A stretch of 63,877 nt of DNA, filler included, from Octopus bimaculoides (GCF_001194135.2; 7 parts of 7 records of this genome joined end to end with filler, not necessarily neighbours in it), one strand, 5' to 3'; positions 37,721 through 51,469 are shown, counted from the whole stretch's first letter. Made by a program: numbers and translations. The notes: generated by a model from the letters alone, not told the origin.

Positions 37721-40700
37721 GTAAAAATAATTCTTTTAAACAATACAAAGAAAAACAATCAACAAATTCCAAATAAAAATTTTTATATCAAATGAAAAAT
37801 AGTTTTATTGAAGAAATTTTATTATTCACATTGATTTTATTGTACAAAGATGATACAACAATACAATGTGAATGACTAGTTAGGAAGGCGTCACCATTGC
37901 ACTTATTTATTGTGAAGACACCTGATTAGACTGAAACTACACAGATATGATGAGTAATCTAAACCAGACGAATATCAAGCAGCAGAACATCAGAAATCAG
38001 TCTTGCCACACTGGTATATGCAAATTAGTAGTTCCAGTTGTCTAGAGCTACTAGATCTGATGTGTATTCATGTTTCTCTGGGACTGGTCAAGTGATGTAG
38101 CTACCTCTGAAGAAACCCCAGTAAGAGTAAAAAATCAATTAAGAATGTGCATTTGATTTCTTTCTGCAATTAAATAGGTAAAAATAATGTCTGTATGTCC
38201 ACTACGTAGGTTTACATATAATAATGTTTGTACACATTCTTCAAAATTCTGGGTGTTTTTTTATGACTTATTCAGCTGAGAGAGTGCAGCACCTTGATGG
38301 CAGTGAGTGAAAGTTCTCCTCAGCCCAGACAGCTGGTCTAAATATATGCTGGTAAAAGCACTCAATGACTGAACAGATTATGGTGTTAAATTATCATATA
38401 CAATTATTAAATGCATAGTGAAACTGAATATTAAATCCTAAGTCCACATCTTTTAGTACTGTTACCTCTTGATCTAGAGTGTGCTATACTCTTGAGCTGC
38501 TCTGGTTTTTGTCCTGTTGTCATATAATAAGGTATATCTCTGACTCATAGTTTGATCATTTTATTTATAAATAGGTTAGAAGTAAAGAAAATAGAAGAAA
38601 GTGTAAGTGTGTGTGTCTGTGTTAATGAGCTACATGTGAAACACAGTTGTCAAGCAGAGCAAGTGTAGCAGAGGGAGGAAGAATGCATGAGTGAGTGAAA
38701 ATATGTGTACATTTGTATGTGTGTGTGTCGGTGTATGGGTGGGCATACATTCTTGTGTCATTGTGTTTGTATAAGTGATGCATGCGTGTGCATATGTGAG
38801 TGTCTGTGTGTGCACTTGCGTTTATATGTTTTTGTGTGTACGTGTCTTTGTGAAACAGAAAGATGTGGGAAGGTGTTTCGGTTAGTATTTCAAGCAGGTT
38901 TTGGTGACCACATATAGAGTCTGCTTGAATGGTGGAAAAACTGAAAGAGAAGGTGGGCTGATCAATTGGGGGTGAAGGGTGTGATGAGGTGGCTAGTTTT
39001 TGTAGTGTGGGTGGGTGAAACCTTAAATTTGCCTAATACTATGAATTGGGATTAGTGGAGAAGAGGGAAAGGAAAGAGAGATGCAGGGAGGGGAAAAGAA
39101 AGAATGGAATTGTTTGAGAGTGCTAGTTGAGTATATATGTGTCAGGTGATGTGTAAGTGTGTGTGTGTGTGGGTGTATACATGTGCATCGAGTAGATTTG
39201 TGCAGATATGTGTGTGTTAACATCACAGTATATGTGGGGGGTGGTGAGTGGACAAACTGGTGTACATATGTGTACATCACAAGGTGAGTGGGAGACAAGA
39301 TGGTAGAAAAGACAAGATATGTGTATGTGTCAGAGGTACAAATGTATGGGAAAGGGGAGTATGAGAGGAAGGAGAGTGAGTGTGGAACCCACCTCCTGGT
39401 GTGGGTGTCTTTAGGGTATGTGCATGAGTGTGTGCATGGTATGGGACGAAATGTAGGTAGTGGGAGAAGGTGTAAGTGAGATGCATGAAGTAAAGTGGCA
39501 AAGGAGACAAAGGGAAGTGGTGTGTAGCTATGGGGCAGATGAAAAGACAAAAGTTAGAAAAATCGAGGAGAATTCAGACTGAAAGGTGTTTGGAGAAAAA
39601 AGTGAGCTTCTGATCCTTCCAGAGGTGAGTAGTGGGAGAGCCAGGGGTGTTGGCCATTTTGAAGGCCAAGAAATTCAGTCATAATATACCTGAAAATCCT
39701 GTGCATCCACATGTGAAACTCAGAGTAAGCAAGAGGTTGACTGAACCAAAATAAAATATGACATATCATAGTAAAGAATTGAACCAGTGTGTGAGTTATT
39801 AATATTGGCATAATGACTATCACTCTCCCGAGACACAACAAAATATAATGCTAATGTCATAGACATTTTTTTAAAACAGTAATACAGTGGTAGAAATGGT
39901 AGCATATATGGGAAAATATTTTATGATATTTAGTAGTGTCCTTTAAATTGCATGGAGAAAGTTAGAGTGAGACGATTAGACATTGCCCTCTGGATGCTGA
40001 AGATTTGGCACAGGTGACTAAACAAGTTAGTGATGAGATGTTTTGATACTGGAGGCAAATACATGCATGTGTGCAAAGAAATATATGCATAGAGATTGAT
40101 AGAGAGAGAGGGGGAGGGAAAGAGATGACACATACATATAAATATGACTAGATACTCATGCATATAATCAGAGAGAAAGAGAGAGAGAGAACCAAGGAAA
40201 TCTCTGATGACAAATAAGTCAGTGTTGAATGAGCAGTGCCAAAATGGCTGTGCCAGAACATCAATACCCCTTTCGTCTTACTGAGGTCAAATGTTAATTG
40301 TTGTTTTTGCTGTTGTTGTTGTGCAATCCCAGGTCAGATGTAATCTAGCAAACCTGTGATCAACTATGTGCTAATCATAATTATTCCAACTTTTATTCAA
40401 ATACTGTGTATCTAAGACTAAATTCTCCAATAGTATGCTCACATTTTTTATGCCTGTGTGGTTGGGATGGGATGAAGGTTGGCTGCTTTTTCTAAAAGGC
40501 TGAGTGACCTTCTACATGGGCTGTGGATGATGTTTGTAGCAGTCAATCTTCTGACAGAACCAAGGAAACTGATTCCATTAGTCAGCAGAATTCTGCTTTA
40601 AGCATGCCATCTAACCTGTCATAACATTTCTATTTTTCAGAATTTTCAGAAAATTTTTGCAAATTTGTATTCTACACATGGGAATTCATGTGACTATGAA

Positions 40701-40744
40701 AAAAATAATCTTTTTTAATTCTTCAAATTTCTCTTTTTCAGTAA

Positions 40745-41092
40745 GTGTAGATGTAGCTTGTGGTAAGAAGCTTGCTTCACAACCACATGGTTCTGGGTTC
40801 AGTCCCACTGTGTGGCCATAGCCTCTGGTTAACCAAAGCCTTGTGAATGGATTTGGTAGATGAAAACTGTACAAAGCCTGTTGTATATATATCTATATGT
40901 GTATCTTTGTGGTTGTGTTTGTCCACCCATCACCACTTGGCAACTGGTGTTTGTGTATTTAAGTCCTGTAACTTAGTGGTTTGATATATAAGAGGTTGAT
41001 AAAATAAGCACTACACTTTAAAAAAGTCCTGGGGTCAATTTGTTCGACTAAAACCCTTTAAGTCAAATTACTGAAACAAGTAAAAGGTGAAA
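40745..41092 (+). mobile_element. SINE family A (degenerate) between two inverted arms
   Basis: gtggtaagaagcttgcttcacaaccacatggttctgggttcagtcccactg ... ctgaaacaagtaaaagg. Confidence 0.85.
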
Positions 41093-41424
41093 GGTAATTC
41101 ACAGTTTAATATACAGACAGTCCGAATTTTTGGCTTAAATCCCATTAAATGTGGTTATGAAGAGAAAGATATTGAAAAACATCAACACATCAGACTGACA
41201 AACAAATGAGGAGTGTATCAGAAGGTTGTATATATGATACAAATTTGCAAAAATTTTCTGAAAATTCCCAAAAAATGAAAAAAAGTTATCACAGGTTATA
41301 CAGTGTGCTTTAAGCAGAATTCCACCTGTTAGTATTTCAAATTGCTGATACAGTCTGTTGATTGCAATTCCTGATCAGTACCAGTTATATAGACAAAATA
41401 GAATTTTTTCTGACACTTTACATT

Positions 41425-41930
41425 CCATGTTCAAATCTTGCCTTGCCCAACTTTGCCTTTCATCCTTTTGGAGTTGGAAAAATAGCATACCAATCAAGCA
41501 CTGGAGTCAATGTTATCTATCTTCTTCCCAAGTTCCTGGCCTCATGACAATGTGAGTTAGCAGAATCATTAAAGTGTCAGACAAAATGTCTTGAGGTATT
41601 TCTCTGAAAAACATTCATTATGAGTTCAGTTTCTGCTAGCGTTAACTTTGTCTTTCATCCCTCCCAGGACTCATACTGTCAGTACTGTTCTAATAATGGG
41701 GTCAATGGTATTAGCTAATTACCCTCCCTTCAAAATGTTTGGGTTTCTGCAAGCTGGTAGAATCATTAGCATGTCAAGCAAAATGCTCAGTGGCATTTTT
41801 TCCAGCTCTTTATGTTCTGAGTTTGAATACTACCAGGAAAAACTTTTCCTTCAACCTTTCAAGGTCATTAAAATAAAGTACCTGTCAGGTAGTGGGGTTG
41901 TTAGTATCAGCTAATCCCTCCTGCTAAAAC
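41425..41930 (+). mobile_element. Three tandem, old SINE family B copies
   Basis: Recurring gcagaatcatta, tgagtt, ctttcatcc and gtac..gtca motifs at about 41425, 41553 and 41750. Confidence 0.65.
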
Positions 41931-41984
41931 AATTATTATTGTTATTGTTCCAGTACGTTGGACCATCTATAGACATATCCAGTT

Positions 41985-42560
41985 CTGTGTGAGATTTTCT
42001 TTACTTAACCCTACTCCTTTTCTGGAGTATCAAGGACAAGCCCCAACCTCTTATCTAACACCTTGGCCAAAATTTTTAATTTTACACTTAGCAGAGTTAG
42101 TGGCTCAAAATTAAAATTATACCCCTTGTTCTAGTCATTTCTCAGCAGCAACACCACACTTCTTTTCACAGTTGCAGCAGAAAACATCTGTCAAACAAGC
42201 CTGGCTTATGGAGATAAAGCTCATATGACAGACCATCCAATCCCATTGATTTCTTACTTGTGCATCCAACCATCACTTCTTATATTTCATCAGCTGTTAT
42301 TGGCCATCCCCATTTGAGAGCTGCAACTAGCCATTGAGGTTGACAGTAATGCCTACTCTCATTTTCAGCCCATCTGCTCCAAACAATTGAGCTGAGTGCC
42401 AGTGAAAAGATACATATATTTGCTTGGAATCAAATCACATGCAGCCCTCTCAATCCTTAAAAAACTTAGTTGTACTGCACTCCTGCCACCTGAGCTCATC
42501 AAATGGCTACTCTTCTCTCATACCTTAAGGCAAATACTCTAACTCTGACAATGCAACCTT
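41985..42560 (-). mobile_element. L1/Tx1-clade LINE fragment (RT N-terminus)
   Basis: PITADEI*EVMVGCTSKKSMGLDGLSYELY ... LKILAKVLDKRLGLV. Confidence 0.82.
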
Positions 42561-42927
42561 CATGCTTATTGTTATATGGACTGTTAGATATGTAATTCGT
42601 CTGACGTTCCGTGTGTCATGTGGTTCGTCTGAGTTCATTGTTTCATTGTTGTTGTCTTGTGGGACTGTCGTAGTAAAATGTCATTGATATATATATGGCG
42701 GACATGACTTTTGTTTATTCATAACGAACATTGGGTGAGTGCGTTCTTTGTATGTAATTGAACAATAAATGTAATAATTAAATTGTATAACTCGTTATGT
42801 TATCTCTGCGAGTCAGTCCGAGGGAAGNNNNNNNNNNNNNNNNNNNNNNNNNNNNNNNNNNNNNNNNNNNNTTAATTAATTAANNNNNNNNNNNNNNNNN
42901 NNNNNNNNNNNNNNNNNNNNNNNNNNN

Positions 42928-42960
<33 letters not shown>

Positions 42961-43587
42961 ATGAAAAATATTTCAATACAAATGTATTAATACAAATGTA
43001 TCAATTTCCAGCAAAAAATAGCCCTATAAGGGTATATATATATAAATTCAGAAGAATGGTACAACAAGGTACCGATATTTGCTGGAGAATAGCAATCGAT
43101 ATAAAAACGACGCTATTGTATAGCTTCACTGCGTATATACTGGCAAAAATGCGTGTGTGCAACAAAACATGAAAAACTTGTCTTACCTTAGGAAGAACAT
43201 CCGAAAATGAACAACCCAGAATCTCCAGCGAGATTCTACTTTATAATGATTTGATTATTTGATTATATATATATATATGCATATATATATAAACATATAC
43301 TCATTTATATACATATATAAACATATGTGTATATATAAACCATAAAAATCTGGAAATATGACAGGCGAATATATCTATTTAACCACGTGATATCCATAGG
43401 ATTACGGCCGTCCCGCAACCTCCTTCATGTAACGTTAATTTCAGTGCAGAAAAAATTATACTTACATGTTTGCGTTAATGTTTGCTCACATTATACAATA
43501 CAATTGCATATTAGCAAATCGATGGTAATAAAGAAAGCAAGTTCATTAGATCACCAGAACATCACGGTTACACCAACGATCACCACG

Positions 43588-43630
<43 letters not shown>

Positions 43631-43993
43631 TTGTCTTCTTGCCTTGACATCGACCAGTAATTGTAACTAAGCGTCACTGTCATTCAAGAGATGCTTTCGC
43701 TTCCCATCTTCCACGTAACCATGTCTGGGCTGGTGAGATATTATCATACTAAGAAATTGGTGTGGGTAGGTGATGGAAATGGTATCCAGTAATACAAAAA
43801 CCATGACGCTACAACCGTATCTGGTAGCTCAAGTTCTTCAATTCTGTGGATGTACATACATTTATTCAGCAGCTGACATTATATTAATGGTTTCTCCTAT
43901 TGGTCTGATGCATCATTTTCTATCATTGATAAAATTGTCAGCATTTTTGACGACACGCAAAAGCTAGTATATATGTGTGTGTGTGTGTGTGTG

Positions 43994-44032
<39 letters not shown>

Positions 44033-44059
44033 ATGTATATACATATATATATGTAAATG

Positions 44060-44163
<104 letters not shown>

Positions 44164-44613
44164 TACACACATACATGTATATATGAATGTATGTATGTAT
44201 GTAGCCAGAACACAGATAACATAAGTGTAAATGAATGTGTAGGTTGACAGCTTTAATTATCCGAATTCATACGTACCAAAAATCATCGTTATATATTAAT
44301 AAGATTATACATGAAGCTATGAAGCGACAATAAATTTGACACATTACACTTGCGCATTAGTGACAGGTTTTGGAAACCAGGTGAAGAAATGTTGGTCTTA
44401 GTGTTATATAGATATAGGATATTGTCGGGTCATAAAATATATTATTAACGATAGTCGTTTAATGTGAAAGAGAATCATATAATTTTAAATCATGATGTAC
44501 ACATTGTACGTACATATATACATACATAAATACATACGTACTTACATATATGCATACATACATACACACATAAAAGATATATATGTATACGTGTATGGGT
44601 GTGGGTATATATG

Positions 44614-44786
44614 GGAGACCCCCTTCGGTCATGAATGATCATGGGATTGCACCTAGAAAGTTACCCTCCGAGGCACAAGTCCGGGCAAGGTTGTTTATGG
44701 AAGGCCAGCAGTCGCCCATGCATACCAGCCTCCCCTCTCCGCACCACTGATGTTATCCAAAAGAAAGACAAAAGCCGATACAGCTT
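44614..44786 (-). mobile_element. SINE family D, 3' part
   Basis: gggagacccccttcggtcatgaatgatcatgggattgcacctag...gccgatacagcttg; recognised as a common octopus repeat, no search performed. Confidence 0.6.
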
Positions 44787-45462
44787 GTCTTGCTCCGTCC
44801 TTGCACCTGTTCTGTCCGCTGTCGTACGAATGCCTTAATATGTCATCTCCACCAACCACAGTCTGATGTTTTCCTCATTCATATTTGGGTGCCGAAGAAT
44901 TTAACAAAGTCCTCGTTCCAATTTTTACATGGTCTTCCCCCTCCTTTTTTCTGGACTTAGTGATCACTGTGTCAGTTTCCTTTTCCATCTACTTCTCTTT
45001 CTTCTAAATACGTGTCCCGCAGAAGACTATTTCAGAGTTTTTATTTTCCAGATCATATCCGTTAAACTTGTTGCCACTCTTATCCTGTTGTTTCTTCATT
45101 TATTTATTTTGTTATTCTTCAGCATTCTCCTTTCCATGGCTCTTTGTGTTGATCTTAATTTATTTTCAATGCTGTTGTTGGTAGCCCATGTTTCTTATGC
45201 CTACGTAATGTTTGGCAACACACACAGGTTGAAGACCTTTCTTTTTAGATACATGGGCAAATTACTGCTCATGATGTGATTCAACTTATTAAAGGCTACC
45301 CGTCCTAATTGTATTTGTCGCTCAATTCCTTTGGTTTGATTTGTATCTTATAAGCAGATTATTTGTCAAATATAGGTGTATTGATTCGCCTGTTTACATT
45401 TTACTATTACTACATTTCCAGCTTTGATTAGATGGCTAGAGATTATTTTCGTTTAACTAATA

Positions 45463-46208
45463 TTAACCCATTACCTACCAGTGATCTCATATGAGATCAC
45501 TTAAAAATTACAAATTTTGTAATTATCTGTCAATATTTACACATATCTAACCTTTTTGCTATATCTTCTAGGTATATTTCTCTAATATTCAAATGAGGTT
45601 TGCTAATTTTTCACCCAATATATCGCTTATTTCTATTTAAAATGTTATTTTGAAATGTTATTTTGATCATTCCAGCGTGTTTCTAAGGCTGTTTTATGCT
45701 AGAAATCAAAGTTTCATAAACAAAATTCCAGTTAATAGAATTATGGGAGGTTAATAGAGTTCTAGAAGGCGGCGAGCTGGCAGAATCGTTAGCACGCCGG
45801 GCGAAATGCTTAGCGGTATTTCGTCTGCCGTTACGTTCTGAGTTCAAATTCCGCCGAGGTCGACTTTGCCTTTCATCCTTTCGGGGTCGATTAAATAAGT
45901 ACCAGTTACGCACTGGGGTCGATATAATCGACTTAACCCGTTTGTCTGTCCTTGTTTGTCCCCTCTGTGTGTAGCCCCTTGTGGGCAATAAAGAAATAGG
46001 TATTTCGTCTGCCGTTACGTTCTGAGTTCAAATTCCGCCGAGGTCGACTTTGCCTTTCATCCTTTCGGGGTCGATAAATTAAGTACCAGTTACGCACTGG
46101 GGGTCGATGTAATCGACTTAATCCGTTCCTCTGTCCTTGTTTGTTCCCTCTATATTTAGCCCCTTGTGGGCAATAAAGAAATAAGAATTATGGGAGGTAA
46201 TGGGTTAA
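45463..46208. mobile_element. piggyBac-type MITE with TTAA target duplication
   Basis: TTAA-cccattacct (45463-45476) ... aggtaatggg-TTAA (46195-46208); excision restores the RTE frame GLRLNIS. Confidence 0.85.
45765..46183 (+). mobile_element. Young SINE family B plus a 5'-truncated tandem second unit (from 45999), with a 15-bp TSD
   Basis: A-box tggcagaatcg, B-box gagttcaaattcc; TSD agaattatgggaggt at 45737-45751 and 46184-46198; central ctttcatcctttcggggtcgataaattaagtaccag resembles the Deu/Nin SINE domain (from memory). Confidence 0.92.
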
Positions 46209-46639
46209 GTCTGAGTCCACATTTTTTGCTTTCTTCTTTTAGTTCCCTGGGCATTTCTGTTGGTTATTCAATGCTCCTGGAAAGGAGTACAATATCATCA
46301 GCGAATTTAAGATGATTTAGCATGCATCCGTTTGTATTTATTCTTTTATCTGACCACTATAAGTTTTTTTTAAACTTTTTCTAATACAGATGTGAATAAT
46401 TTGTGTGATATAGTAACTCTATGTCTGACTCCTTAAGCAATTTTGAAAGCAATCATTTTGTTGTTTATAGCTGCTGTAGTTGTACAGTTGGTGTGCACAT
46501 TCTCTGATAACATCATGTTTCGCTTAGCAGATTATTATAAAACCCAAACATCTTCTGCACTAGCTCAGATAATTCAAAAATTATTAGTCATGGTCTAATA
46601 TTGGTTTTGTTTCTTTTTCCTTACTGTATAAATTTCTTT

Positions 46640-47000
46640 TATCTTTTTATCTTTTATTTGTTTCAGTCACTGGACTGCGGTCGTGCTGGGGCAACGCCTC
46701 GAGGGGTTTAGCCGAAAATATAGACACCAATGCTTATATTTAAACCTGGAATTTATTCTATCGGTGCTCTTTTGCCGAACCGCTAAGTTACGAGGGTGTA
46801 AACAAACCAACATTAGTTGTCAAGTGGTGGTGGGGGACAAAAACAAGCATACCTATACATATATGTATATTTATGTCGGGCTCCCTTCAGTTTTTGTCTA
46901 CTAAATCCACTCACAAGGCTTTGGCAGGCGCAGGGCTACATTAGAAAACACTTGCCCAAAGACTGAACGCAAGGTCACAAGCTTCTTGGCCACACATTGT
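46640..47000 (-). mobile_element. SINE family A (degenerate)
   Basis: gtttcagtcactggactgcgg...gccgaaccgctaagttac...aaatccactcacaaggc. Confidence 0.8.
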
Positions 47001-47218
47001 TTTACATGCGAATGTGTCCTTAAACAAGCTATTCTCAAAAATTCTATTTCCTACATTAACCAGAGTCCATTATTGTACATTCACTCAATTATTCAGTCAT
47101 TACTTTGGTAAATACGATGAAGTCTATGTATGGTTGGGGCAGTTTCCCATGATTGAAACATGTCAAGAGCTGTCTTTCGTTCTTGGCGAAATAATTGAAA
47201 TAACATTAGTCATCGATA

Positions 47219-47401
47219 AGGCGGTGAGCTGGCAGAAACGCTAGCATGCTGGGCGAAATGCTTAACGGTATTTCGTCTGTCTTTATGTTCTTAGTTCAAA
47301 TTCCGTCGAGACCGACTTTGCCTTTCATCTTTTCGGGGATCTAATCGACTTGCCCCCTCCCCAAAAATGTTGGGCTTTGTGGCTAGAGTAGAAAAGAACA
47401 T
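47219..47401 (+). mobile_element. SINE family B with an internal deletion
   Basis: ggcggtgagctggcagaaacg...agttcaaattccg...ctttcatc. Confidence 0.85.
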
Positions 47402-48546
47402 TAGTCATTGATCAATGCTGTCTTTTTCCCCTCACATCATTATTTCTAGCTAACTTTTTGATACTGACTTTGCTAAAAAATGCTTGCACAAACTATAGCT
47501 TTTTAAGTACGCTGACAGGTATTAGGGAGCTAAGGTAGTCACCACAGAGTACAGTAATAGAACATTGAAATTGACGAGTATTTGTTAATTTGCAGTCATG
47601 TGTTCAAATTCTACATTTGATGTAGCATAGAGAGTTAATTTGCCTTAGAAACACTAGATCCGAAGAAGAACCTTCTACAGACTCGTTGAGCTTACTAGAA
47701 ATAGTAACCAAATTATTTTCAAACCACAAACTACTTTTTTAAATAATGAAAAATAACACTTGATAATGCACTGAAAGAAATATATGGCTATCATGATTGA
47801 TAGCCATATACTTCTGTTTGATATAAATTGACCTAGGGCTAAACGACAACAGTCTTAAATTATAATTAAGTGTTGAATGGTATCTCTACTTACAAACCAA
47901 AGGGTCATGGAACGCACCAACTTCATCATAATATACTCATCTGACTTCAGCTTAGAGGTGAACATGTGATCAACTTTTCCTTTGCAATCTTTAATAATTA
48001 GGTTATTTATTGATTTACTGTTCTGAGAAAAGAAGACAATATTATGAATTGAAAAGAAAATATAACCTAGATGGAAACTTAATGAATGGTGAAATAAGTG
48101 TGAAAGTATCTAAATTTAAGTAATGGCAAATAGTTCTTCTCACTAATATTCACGCCTTGAATCGAGAAGAAAAACTAAAATCAAATATAAATATCAATAT
48201 ATACTAATAGTATTATGACTGCAGTGTCAATTTTCATTTATGAGTAAAAGACAGTTTTATCCCATAACTTCTCTGTACTGTAGTTTAACATTGAACCCAT
48301 TATATATTAAGTAGTAGTAAATTGGGACTCCAATGCAAACTAGCGACGAGTCGAGAATTCAAGTTGATTTCATTTGCACTGCTAGCGTATCTGGGAAATG
48401 TATGAATGTTACAACATTCTGTTTCACCCGTTCCCTATAAATTATCGGATCTTGTACCTTGTGAAATGGAAACGGTAACTGAGGATCATTAGGAGGGTAC
48501 CTTGTAGTATTTAGTTGCATCCATATTTCCGAGCTAACAAGAACAG

Positions 48547-48591
48547 GCTGATCCGGAGGGGTTTAAATATTTTAAACCCCTCCGGATCAGC
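48547..48591. other. Perfect 21-bp GC-rich hairpin with a 3-nt loop
   Basis: gctgatccggaggggtttaaa-tat-tttaaacccctccggatcagc. Confidence 0.95.
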
Positions 48592-49562
48592 TTTTTCTTT
48601 CATTTCTGGAATTAAACTAGTACTAGTAATGCACTGGAGATTTTTCGATTGATTATATTTGTACAACAGTGCGATTTTGTATATAACCGAAAAAACATCA
48701 AATAACAATTGATCGTGCGAAAAAGTCCTTTATTTTCGTGTGAATTCTCCATTGAGTTTGGAGAACTGAAAGAAATCTACTTACAGAAAGGACTAGAGAC
48801 CACAAGTTGATCTTTAGTATGTTAATGCTGCTATCCAATTCGATAATCAAAGCCAATCTTCTAATATCTGTTATTTTTTATACCTGCTATTCGATCGGCT
48901 TCGTTCCCATTTGCTATTCGACAAACTTTTTGAAGGCTGCTACTCAATAAAAGTTGCATACATCCGCTATTCGAATAAATGTTATTAGCAGTTGTTTGAT
49001 AAACTGTGTGTCTTTTCTCTGTTCTGCCAGTCAGCTCGGAAACAAAGCTTGGCAAATCAATAATCTTTACCATAAAAGAAATATTTTTCTTCTGTGTCAA
49101 AAAGACAATATCAACACTTGCTTCTTTATTGCTTTCAGTGGAAGATGCAAATAAGAATGATNNNNNNNNNNNNNNNNNNNNNNNNNNNNNNNNNNNNNNN
49201 NNNNNNNNNNNNNNNNNNNNNNNNNNNNNNNNNNNNNNNNNNNNNNNNNNNNNNNNNNNNNNNNNNNNNNNNNNNNNNNNNNNNNNNNNNNNNNNNNNNN
49301 NNNNNNNNNNNNNNNNNNNNNNNNNNNNNNNNNNNNNNNNNNNNNNNNNNNNNNNNNNNNNNNNNNNNNNNNNNNNNNNNNNNNNNNNNNNNNNNNNNNN
49401 NNNNNNNNNNNNNNNNNNNNNNNNNNNNNNNNNNNNNNNNNNNNNNNNNNNNNNNNNNNNNNNNNNNNNNNNNNNNNNNNNNNNNNNNNNNNNNNNNNNN
49501 NNNNNNNNNNNNNNNNNNNNNNNNNNNNNNNNNNNNNNNNNNNNNNNNNNNNNNNNNNNNNN

Positions 49563-49595
<33 letters not shown>

Positions 49596-49980
49596 AGAGT
49601 ACGTCAATAACCAAAAAAGTTTGGAAAAAATATTTCCTAAGGGATCAACAATCACAATTACACACATTCATACGCACATGAACATCGTGCATTACAAGAA
49701 GCTTCAATACTGCTTTTAATTTAGAATTTCAGGTGGTAATACAGAAAAAGAAAAGCGGTTAATTGACTGTTAACTCAAATGATATAATAAACCTTATTTT
49801 GTAGATTTGATTTGTACTTTTAACTATTCAGTGGTTTATAATACTAAAGTAATTTTAGCTAAACCTTCACGTATATATAAATATGTGTGTGTGTGTGTGT
49901 GTGTACGTATGTATATATGTATATATATATATAGATAGATAGATAGATACACACACACNNNNNNNNNNACACACATATAT

Positions 49981-50018
<38 letters not shown>

Positions 50019-50048
50019 TATAATATGTGACAATTATTCGGTTGTCAT

Positions 50049-50109
50049 AATAAAATTCCGAGTTTCGGATGTCGAGTCGGAAAACTGCTCCGGCATCTCG
50101 TCAGTTATT
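50049..50109 (-). ncRNA. Candidate hammerhead, family shared with 61322-61383
   Basis: Minus: aauaa CUGACGA gaug [22 nt] caucc GAAAC ucgga aUU uuauu. Confidence 0.6.
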
Positions 50110-50942
50110 AAGACAAACAAAAATGCTATGAAAATGACCTTTAAATTAAGGGGAAAAAACGAAGGAGAGAAAGTAAAAAACGCTCATAGAATTCGCGTAT
50201 GCGCGCATGTACATACATACATACACATGCGTGTACGCACACCTACGAACATGTGCCTATATGCATATGCTCACTCACACTCACGTGAAATACATACGTT
50301 CACACCACATACACGCCTATATGTGCACATATACATGCAACAATACACACGTACACATATACATATCAGCACACACGCACACACACACACACGTACACAA
50401 ACCCATACACGCACAATTATATTCATATACACGTCTAAATACGTATATACTATATATGCATATGCTCACTCCCACTCGCGTGACACACATGCATGCACAC
50501 CCACACACACACCTATATGTATACATATATATGCAACCATACACGTGAACACATATACATATCCGCACACACATCTGGAAAAGCAGCTTAGACCCCGCTA
50601 CATATTCAAGAACTGAACTTTTTGGTTCATGTCCACATATGGCTAAATATTTGTTACGTTTTAGGTCCCCCAACATCACAGATAGAACCTGCTTTTTATA
50701 TTGTATCCACGTACAAGCATTTTATCTCTATTTTTTTTATATGTATTTTTTTACAAGCATTTTATCTCTATTTTTTATATGTATTTTTTTACATATTTAT
50801 ATATATATTTTTATATATATTTTTATTGCTTTATATATTTTTACATATTTTTTCTGTATATTACCTTTCACCCTGCATTTTTGTGCATGTGTGTATATAG
50901 ATGTGTATATGAACTTATTTGTGCGCGTATAGGTTTATGTAC

Positions 50943-50974
<32 letters not shown>

Positions 50975-51469
50975 GTGCGGGTACGAAATTTATACATAAT
51001 ATAGAAGAAATATAATCCAATAACGAAAAGAGTGTGTGTATGTTTAGTCATACATGTGTAGAGGCATATTTACACATGAGTATATAGATACACGAATTCG
51101 TATAGATATACGATTAAGGTATACATATAAAAAATTGTATAAATATACCCATGCATGTGCAAAAAAGGGCACACACATATACATATAAATATATATATAC
51201 ACACAATGAATTGTATATATGTGTATGCGAACATACATATATGCGTAAATACACACGTTCATATTAATATACATGTCTTCACCTACATATATACATAAAA
51301 ATAATCATATATATACATATATAAAGTTTACACACATAGGTATGTATAAGATTAATACCTAGATATGTATACATGGTTGTAAACATGTAGATCACCTCAA
51401 CGTCGTACATGTGCATACATGTGTACATATGCCAGTAGTAAAATATACATAATTATAAGGTATAGCAAC

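Larger units (their letters stand above)
44800..46530 (-). mobile_element. Second RTE family, RT to 3' end, interrupted by a MITE
   Basis: NHLKFADDIVLL, CGLRLN|IS.TKI, KRKVFNLCVLP..TYA.ETW, TQRAMERRML, GRPCKNWNEDFVKF. Confidence 0.88.

Noticed and set aside
40200-40260. aatctCTGATGA ... gccAAAATGGCTGTG resembling the GAAACAGCTGTA motif
   Set aside because: Core and stem I do not pair; too degenerate
48547-48601. Hairpin plus T-run as a rho-independent terminator
   Set aside because: Eukaryotic context and no prokaryotic genes
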